Notes under the pieces: generated by a model | Seen by the model: only the letters and a program-made list of their open reading frames with translations | Database searches by the model: none | Told to the model about the DNA's origin: nothing | Part shown: one piece after another, positions 26,547 through 32,000 of the stretch | Numbering within the stretch: position 1 is the first letter of the stretch | How the letters are laid out: the number at the start of each line of letters is the position of its first letter | Assembly (NCBI GenBank): GCA_024275415.1 | Contig: JAJRZD010000034.1 | Location: 48,849-80,848 of the forward strand | Source of the DNA: an archaeon | Lineage (GTDB): Archaea; Asgardarchaeota; Thorarchaeia; Thorarchaeales; Thorarchaeaceae | Direction of reading: 5' to 3' | DNA: 32,000 nucleotides | Translations under genes and position numbers: made by a program

Positions 26547-27413
26547 CTAGTCCAGTATCACGCGCATATTGAAGTCTGCGGCTTTATAGGAGTGAGTCAA
26601 CGCGCCGGACGAGATGATGTCCACACCACTTGAGGCATATTCTACGATGTTATCTTCATCCATCCCTCCAGACGCTTCCAATAGCACCTTCTCCCGAAGG
26701 TTTTTCTTCTTGAGGTCTTGAACGAATCGCTTGATATCGTCTGGGGTAAAATTATCGAGCAGGATAATGTCTGCTCCTGCAATGATTGCTTCGAGTCCTT
26801 CTTCCATGCTCCTTGCCTCACAAGATATCTTCTTCGAAAACGATACCGCTCTCTTTGCCATCTGCACGGCTTTTGTGACTCCTCCCACTGCGTCCACATG
26901 ATTGTTCTTTATCAGGATCATATCGTCTAGGGCATATCTATGTGGATCGCCTCCCCCAATTTTGACAGCGCGTTTCTCAAAGTATCGAAAACCAGGAGTG
27001 GTCTTGCGAGTTGCAGCAATAATGATGTCTGGGTTTACGGCTCGGCATTTCGTGACCATGTTGTATGTCTTAGTAGCAATCCCGCTCATCCTTTGGATAA
27101 TGTTAAGGCTCAACCTTTCAATTACAAGGAGTGTTTTCACGGGGCCATGGATGCGGATGACCGCTTGTCTTGGCTCTACCCAGTTCCCTTCGAATGCGAG
27201 CACTTCACAACTGAGGTCATGCATCTCTGCAATTGCCACTACTTCCTCGATTCCTGCCAGTATCGATTTTCCCTTCGAGAAGATGGTCGCTGTCGCCTCC
27301 CCTCTAAGCGGTTCCATAGCGTCCGTTGTGATGTCCCCTGAGCGGACATCCTCTTTCAGGAAGTCTTCAAGTCGTTCAATGATTTCTGGGGGGACTCTGT
27401 TCAGTTTTCGCAT
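26547..27413 (-). CDS. nadC: Nicotinate-nucleotide diphosphorylase (quinolinate phosphoribosyltransferase)
   Basis: EDVRSGDITT, ATRKTTPGFR, EKRAVKIGGGDPHR, LIKNNH, ILLDNF and LEASGG. The start is placed at ATG 27413. Confidence 0.96.
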   Translation of the reverse strand: MRKLNRVPPEIIERLEDFLKEDVRSGDITTDAMEPLRGEATATIFSKGKSILAGIEEVVAIAEMHDLSCEVLAFEGNWVEPRQAVIRIHGPVKTLLVIERLSLNIIQRMSGIATKTYNMVTKCRAVNPDIIIAATRKTTPGFRYFEKRAVKIGGGDPHRYALDDMILIKNNHVDAVGGVTKAVQMAKRAVSFSKKISCEARSMEEGLEAIIAGADIILLDNFTPDDIKRFVQDLKKKNLREKVLLEASGGMDEDNIVEYASSGVDIISSGALTHSYKAADFNMRVILD

Positions 27414-27417
27414 TATT

Positions 27418-28059
27418 CTAACACCTAGGATGGCTTGGATTTCGCACAATGTTGCCTCGTGGTTCTACCTCGCCGAATATCTCTGCTTGGAATGCCATAA
27501 ACTCTGTGCTCTTGTCTTTCCATGCATTGATTGGAAGTCCTGCCTTATTGCAGGTGTGTTCTAAGAACTCTCTGACATCCCATTGCCATTCTACAGGAAC
27601 CTGTGGTAGCAACAGCCCTCTGAACATACCTCTCGATACGATCAGCCCGTCCCTACCTATTTTGACCAGTTGAAGAAGTTCTTTTGGGTCAGAGTATTCT
27701 AGTTTTCGTGGTGGTGTGAGAACACTGCATTCGACAACAATGCTGTCAAGTTCCTTCTCAATTACATGTGGGAACCGAGGGTCGTTGACTGCTGCATCAA
27801 TGGCAGAGTCGATTGTTGCCTCGACAAGAGGTTGGGTGGGATAGGGACGCCCGATACACCCCCTCAGCCTAACATGCTCTCCTATGACCGAATTAAGTGT
27901 CACAAAAATCCCTGATTTCTCTTTCAGGTGTGCTGGTGTATCCGAGGGGACATCTATCTTAGTCCCCTTTCCAACATATGTGTCCATGGCGTTCCTTGCA
28001 AGCCGAACAAGGAAGACACCATCTTCATCTGAATATGTGCTTATCACCGGAATCAACAT
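27418..28059 (-). CDS. AMMECR1-domain protein (TIGR00296-like)
   Basis: GIFVTL, LRGCIG, AAVNDPRF, IGRDGL and GLLLPQVPVEWQW. Confidence 0.94.
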   Translation of the reverse strand: MLIPVISTYSDEDGVFLVRLARNAMDTYVGKGTKIDVPSDTPAHLKEKSGIFVTLNSVIGEHVRLRGCIGRPYPTQPLVEATIDSAIDAAVNDPRFPHVIEKELDSIVVECSVLTPPRKLEYSDPKELLQLVKIGRDGLIVSRGMFRGLLLPQVPVEWQWDVREFLEHTCNKAGLPINAWKDKSTEFMAFQAEIFGEVEPRGNIVRNPSHPRC

Positions 28060-28082
28060 CCATTACATCCATGCAGCAGCGA

Positions 28083-29417
28083 TTATGTGTTTCGGGGGCG
28101 AATTAAGGGGCGGACAGGCACAGTCCCGACACTTCCAGGTCCTACAAGGAATTTTCCATCCTCATACACAGGATTCCCTCCGATAATAGTTACGACGGGC
28201 CGTGCATTGACAGTCTTCCCCTCGAAGGGTGTGACTTTTGCCTTAGACTGAAACTTCTTGCCTTCAATTGGATAGGATTCTCTTGCGACTACAATGACAT
28301 CTGCATCATACCCTTTGCTAAGAACCCCTTTGCCTAGTAAGCCGAGCAGGTTCGCGGGCCCTGAACTACACATTCGCAAGTACTCGACCCATGAAAATCG
28401 TCCCTCGAATACTTCTGTGAGCATCAATGGGACAATTGTTTCCAATCCGGGAATGCCTGATTTGGCATTGATGAATGAGGTCATCTTCTCTCCGAGGGTA
28501 TGCGGTGCATGATCTGACGCGACAACATCAATCCCGCACTTGCAAAGGGCATCCCTCAAAGCCTGATTGTCTTGGGGGGTACGGAGAGGAGGGAGCATCT
28601 TCGCGGTTCCGTCTTCATGGCTGAAATCCGCATCTGAGAGGAAGAGATGATGTGGTGTGGTCTCTGCGGTGAGCCTATCCTCCGCCCTGTTGTCAATAAT
28701 CATCTTTGCAGAAGCAGCGCAGCTGACATGACATACATGCAGTCTACCACCTACCTCCTTGTGTATCCTGATGAACTGGGATATCGACTCGACCTCACTA
28801 TCACATGAATGGGTTTCGAGATAATGCTCGACACTCCGTACCTTCACCATAGGTTGTGCGGAATCTGGATGGAATAGCAGTGGCAACCTCATCTCATTTG
28901 CCAGCTTCAAGCTTTCTTCGATCCGCTTCAGATTGAAGGTACTCCCATCCAATGGCGCATGCGGATACACCTTCAACCCTAATACATCAATTTTGGTGCT
29001 TGCATGGAATCTCTCGGACTCTGCAGGTATTCCAGCGTAAAAACCGACATTGACATGTCTTCCTTGCCGTGCCCGTTCTATCTTCATGTCAAGCACTTCT
29101 CTGGTCAGGACTGGCGGCTGTGAATTTGGCATGTCAACCACTGTGGTGACTCCTCCAGCGGCAGCAGAGCGTGTACCACTGATATAATCCTCCTTATCAG
29201 GTTGTTCGAGGTCTCTAAGGTGGACATGGATATCAATGACGCCTGGCAGTATGTATCTGCCATCACAGTCAATGGTCTTTTCAGCCCTCGGTTCCATACC
29301 TCTCTCATATATTCCTTCTATCTTACCAGTCCGTATTGCCACTGACCTTCGCTTCTCTCTTCCCTCGACTATGACGATGCCATTTCTAAGTAAGAGATCG
29401 ACTGACACTTTTACCAT
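28083..29417 (-). CDS. pyrC: Dihydroorotase (amidohydrolase superfamily)
   Basis: LPGVIDIHVHLRD, AAAGGVTTVVDMPNSQP, HVCHVS, AETTPHHL, KMLPPLR, SDHAPH and SGIPGLET. Confidence 0.88.
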   Translation of the reverse strand: MVKVSVDLLLRNGIVIVEGREKRRSVAIRTGKIEGIYERGMEPRAEKTIDCDGRYILPGVIDIHVHLRDLEQPDKEDYISGTRSAAAGGVTTVVDMPNSQPPVLTREVLDMKIERARQGRHVNVGFYAGIPAESERFHASTKIDVLGLKVYPHAPLDGSTFNLKRIEESLKLANEMRLPLLFHPDSAQPMVKVRSVEHYLETHSCDSEVESISQFIRIHKEVGGRLHVCHVSCAASAKMIIDNRAEDRLTAETTPHHLFLSDADFSHEDGTAKMLPPLRTPQDNQALRDALCKCGIDVVASDHAPHTLGEKMTSFINAKSGIPGLETIVPLMLTEVFEGRFSWVEYLRMCSSGPANLLGLLGKGVLSKGYDADVIVVARESYPIEGKKFQSKAKVTPFEGKTVNARPVVTIIGGNPVYEDGKFLVGPGSVGTVPVRPLIRPRNT

Positions 29418-29446
29418 CGCCTATGAGGCGAACTCTTTCTGAAGAG

Positions 29447-30265
29447 TCACTCTTCTTTCTTAGGAACCTTAAATTTGTTAGCTGCAAACCCAGTGAAGTC
29501 TGTTGTGCTTATGATTCCTATGAGACTATTGCCCTCGCCGACTACAGGCAAAGCATTGAGATCCGCATCCAGCATCATCTTTGCTGCTTCTGCAATGGAC
29601 GCTCCTTGTTGGACAAGTGGTGGCTGCTGAATCATCGCATCTACTACACGCAATTGCCTGATTTGGTTCGCCCTATATTTGTCCGGCACCTCTGAGCTGA
29701 AGCGAGCCATTGCTTTTGCAACGGTCTTTTCGGTAAGCAGTCCAAGGACACGTCGTCCATCAAGCACAGGCATGCCTGAGAAACCGGCATTTAACATCTC
29801 CAATCTTGCTTTGATGAGCCGTTCGGCAGGATTGGCAGTCAGGAGGCCTTTCGTAGTCATTATCTCATCCACTTTGACATCGGTGAATCTATCCATGAGG
29901 GCTGTGATGTTTCGTTTTGTGATTATCCCAACCAACTTACCTTCCTTGTCAATGACGGGACATCCACTCATCCCCCGTTCCAACATCAGGCTAGCGACAT
30001 CAGTTAGCTCATCTGTGTCATTTACTGTAATCACAATGTCACTCATAGCGCTTGATACGTGAAGTCGTCCAATCGAAACTGCAACCACCTTACTTACACT
30101 AAGCCTATCTGCAATATCCGCGTAGGTAAGAATTCCAGTTACTTCTCCGTCCTGAACAACGACCAACCGTTCGCAGTTTTTTTTCTCCATCAATTCCATC
30201 GCATAAGACAGCCTTTGATCCTTATCGATGGTTATTGGTTCAACCATGATCTGACTTACTTCCAT
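29447..30265 (-). CDS. Protein with four CBS domains
   Basis: Repeated CBS motifs (LVVVQDGEVTGILT, PVIDKEGKLVGIIT, PVLDGRRVLGLLT, LPVVGEGNSLIGIIS). Confidence 0.9.
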   Translation of the reverse strand: MEVSQIMVEPITIDKDQRLSYAMELMEKKNCERLVVVQDGEVTGILTYADIADRLSVSKVVAVSIGRLHVSSAMSDIVITVNDTDELTDVASLMLERGMSGCPVIDKEGKLVGIITKRNITALMDRFTDVKVDEIMTTKGLLTANPAERLIKARLEMLNAGFSGMPVLDGRRVLGLLTEKTVAKAMARFSSEVPDKYRANQIRQLRVVDAMIQQPPLVQQGASIAEAAKMMLDADLNALPVVGEGNSLIGIISTTDFTGFAANKFKVPKKEE

Positions 30266-30331
30266 TATAACAACCTCCTTGTGGTATTACTGTTGCACCT
30301 TCTGCTATAATACGGTTTGGAAAGAGTCCTT

Positions 30332-30895
30332 TTATTCACGGCACGGCTCGCAGACGTATCGACCATCCTCGAATATCAGATCCGTTGAATATTCTCCACA
30401 AACATCGCAGATTCCGCCATGTTCGATTAGCTCGTCGTCCTCTAGTCCCTCTGCGTCTATCTCCCCATTCCGTAGTTTTAAGGACTCCACTAGGACATCG
30501 ATGAGTTCGGGGGACCATTTGAGTATGTCCCGCGATGTAATGATTCCTGCCAAATTTCCGTTCTTAAGGACGATCACTCTTCTAATATTGCTTCGTGCCA
30601 TCATCCGCATTGCATCAGTGAGAGCCGTGTTTGGATTCACATAAACCAATGGTGCGGTCATTATGTCCTTGGCTGAGGTTGTCTGCACATTCTTGCCTAC
30701 TGCCACAACCCGTCTTACTATGTCTGTTTCAGTGATTATGCCTATCGGGCTGTGCCTCTCGACAATGACGATAGAACCGATATCCACTTCGGCCATGGAT
30801 TTTGCGACTTCTAGGATTGATGCATCTGGTGGCATCGTAATCACGTTTGTTGACATAATCTCCTTCACGGCCATTGAATGGGTTGGTTCGGACAT
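30332..30895 (-). CDS. CBS-pair protein with C-terminal Zn ribbon
   Basis: Two CBS domains followed by CDVCGEY...VCEPC. Confidence 0.9.
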   Translation of the reverse strand: MSEPTHSMAVKEIMSTNVITMPPDASILEVAKSMAEVDIGSIVIVERHSPIGIITETDIVRRVVAVGKNVQTTSAKDIMTAPLVYVNPNTALTDAMRMMARSNIRRVIVLKNGNLAGIITSRDILKWSPELIDVLVESLKLRNGEIDAEGLEDDELIEHGGICDVCGEYSTDLIFEDGRYVCEPCRE

Positions 30896-30983
30896 GTTAG
30901 TGCCTCCGTGCTATGCGAGGATTTCTCACGCCGTGAGAGATTCTATGTTCATTCTTAAGTGTGTCTGTACTATCAGATGCACA

Positions 30984-32000
30984 CTACTTGGCAATCTGGC
31001 CTCCTCCAGGTGGGAGCAGTCGCATGATGTCTTCTTGAGGTATCTGGTCAATCAGGTATTTCTGTTCATCCGGAAGTGCTTTTCTTAGTGTATGCATTAT
31101 CTCCCTGACAAGATGTCCCTTCTTATCCTCTGACGGAACGACCTTGACCCACACGTTACAATGGGCTTCCACAGCTGGAACTGGACCCGACATCGGGATA
31201 ACATTGTCCTCCTCAATGATGATTCCAACTGCAAGAGTGATTGGGACATTATTGATGTAGTTCTTCTTTCCATAGAGCATGACCGCTCCCGATGGCAGGT
31301 ATTCCCCTGATGGGGGTGAGAAGCTCACCTGTTCTGGTGGGAGCCAATATGCGTCGCCACTTGACAAGCCGTCCTGCCACGCCCTCGAGAACGTTATTGC
31401 AAATTGAGCCGCTTCCTGTAAGGTGCTATCACTAGGAGGCTCGTCAGGCACCTTGATGATGACATAAGGTGCTCCGTGGACAGAAGCGTGCAAGAACACA
31501 TCATTGGCTGCCATATGACGCTTTGCGAGTCGTTCATTGCTTTTTGCATCTCTCCCACCAAGTATCAGATATCCATCAGATGATATGAACCACCTGAATT
31601 TCTCGTACCATCTCTTTTTTCTCACTTTGACAGGTTTCTTTTTTGGCGCAATCCCGATGTCCTCATCGCCTAACTTGTCCAGCTTGAGCCTTGTCTTCTC
31701 AATCTGCCTCTGGGCCCCTTCAATCTTCGAGCGTGCCTTCTTCGCCAGATCATAGGCGCGTGATGCATTATCTTGGGCGTTCAGCCTGATGTCTAAAGGT
31801 ATCTCCACCTGATTTAGCACCACAAGTATCGTTCCTTGATTGGGAATTATCTTCTTAATGAGCTGGGCGGTGGCATTCCCTTGAGCCTTTCCTTTCTCCA
31901 CTGTACGTATGATGTCCGACCATGACCGACCCGAAGCCCGTGCATCGCTTATAGTGTCAAGGACATCCTGGACGATTTGAAAATGAGCATAGATGAGTTC
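30984..32000 (-). CDS. rqc2: NFACT/Rqc2 (ribosome quality-control, NEMF homologue), C-terminal part; starts beyond the window
   Basis: WYEKFRWFISSDGYLILGGRDAKSNE, FLHASVHGAP, FSRAW and SGEYLPSGAVM. The frame is open to position 32000. Confidence 0.93.
   Translation of the reverse strand, partial: ELIYAHFQIVQDVLDTISDARASGRSWSDIIRTVEKGKAQGNATAQLIKKIIPNQGTILVVLNQVEIPLDIRLNAQDNASRAYDLAKKARSKIEGAQRQIEKTRLKLDKLGDEDIGIAPKKKPVKVRKKRWYEKFRWFISSDGYLILGGRDAKSNERLAKRHMAANDVFLHASVHGAPYVIIKVPDEPPSDSTLQEAAQFAITFSRAWQDGLSSGDAYWLPPEQVSFSPPSGEYLPSGAVMLYGKKNYINNVPITLAVGIIIEEDNVIPMSGPVPAVEAHCNVWVKVVPSEDKKGHLVREIMHTLRKALPDEQKYLIDQIPQEDIMRLLPPGGGQIAK

Noticed and set aside
26902-27564. 220-aa antisense ORF over nadC, and similar shadow ORFs over other housekeeping genes
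   Set aside because: They lie opposite well-supported genes and have no independent evidence.
1-32000. CRISPR array, rRNA or IS transposase
   Set aside because: No regularly spaced short repeats, rRNA-like sequence or transposase motifs were seen.

Overview
Archaeal chromosomal window, most consistent with an Asgard archaeon of the Thorarchaeia type. The taxonomy is inferred from archaeal-type ProRS, NadM, RtcA, MutS-like, AMMECR1 and NFACT genes, a C-terminally anchored peptide-binding protein, a Vps29-like protein and tRNAs with BHB introns. Housekeeping blocks at both ends (about 1-8 kb and 26-32 kb) enclose an accessory region. Main observations: (1) a tRNA-Asn(GUU) gene split by three introns (22/23, 37/38, 59/60), reconstructed by hand to a normal 73-nt cloverleaf. 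(2) Directly after it, a two-gene module encoding a GC-rich membrane-anchored HerA/FtsK/VirD4-like ATPase and a 1243-aa protein with a charged N-terminus, three HTH-like motifs and a two-motif LAGLIDADG-like C-terminus. A 196-bp direct repeat (194/196 identical, copies 6,995 bp apart) brackets the module, and no integrase is visible. (3) A tRNA-Ile2(CAU) with a 43/44 intron, and a decayed full-length copy of it (intron included, anticodon changed to UAU) 2,547 bp away, on the other side of an orphan ABC substrate-binding gene. Protein calls come from motif recognition only; no database searches were run.
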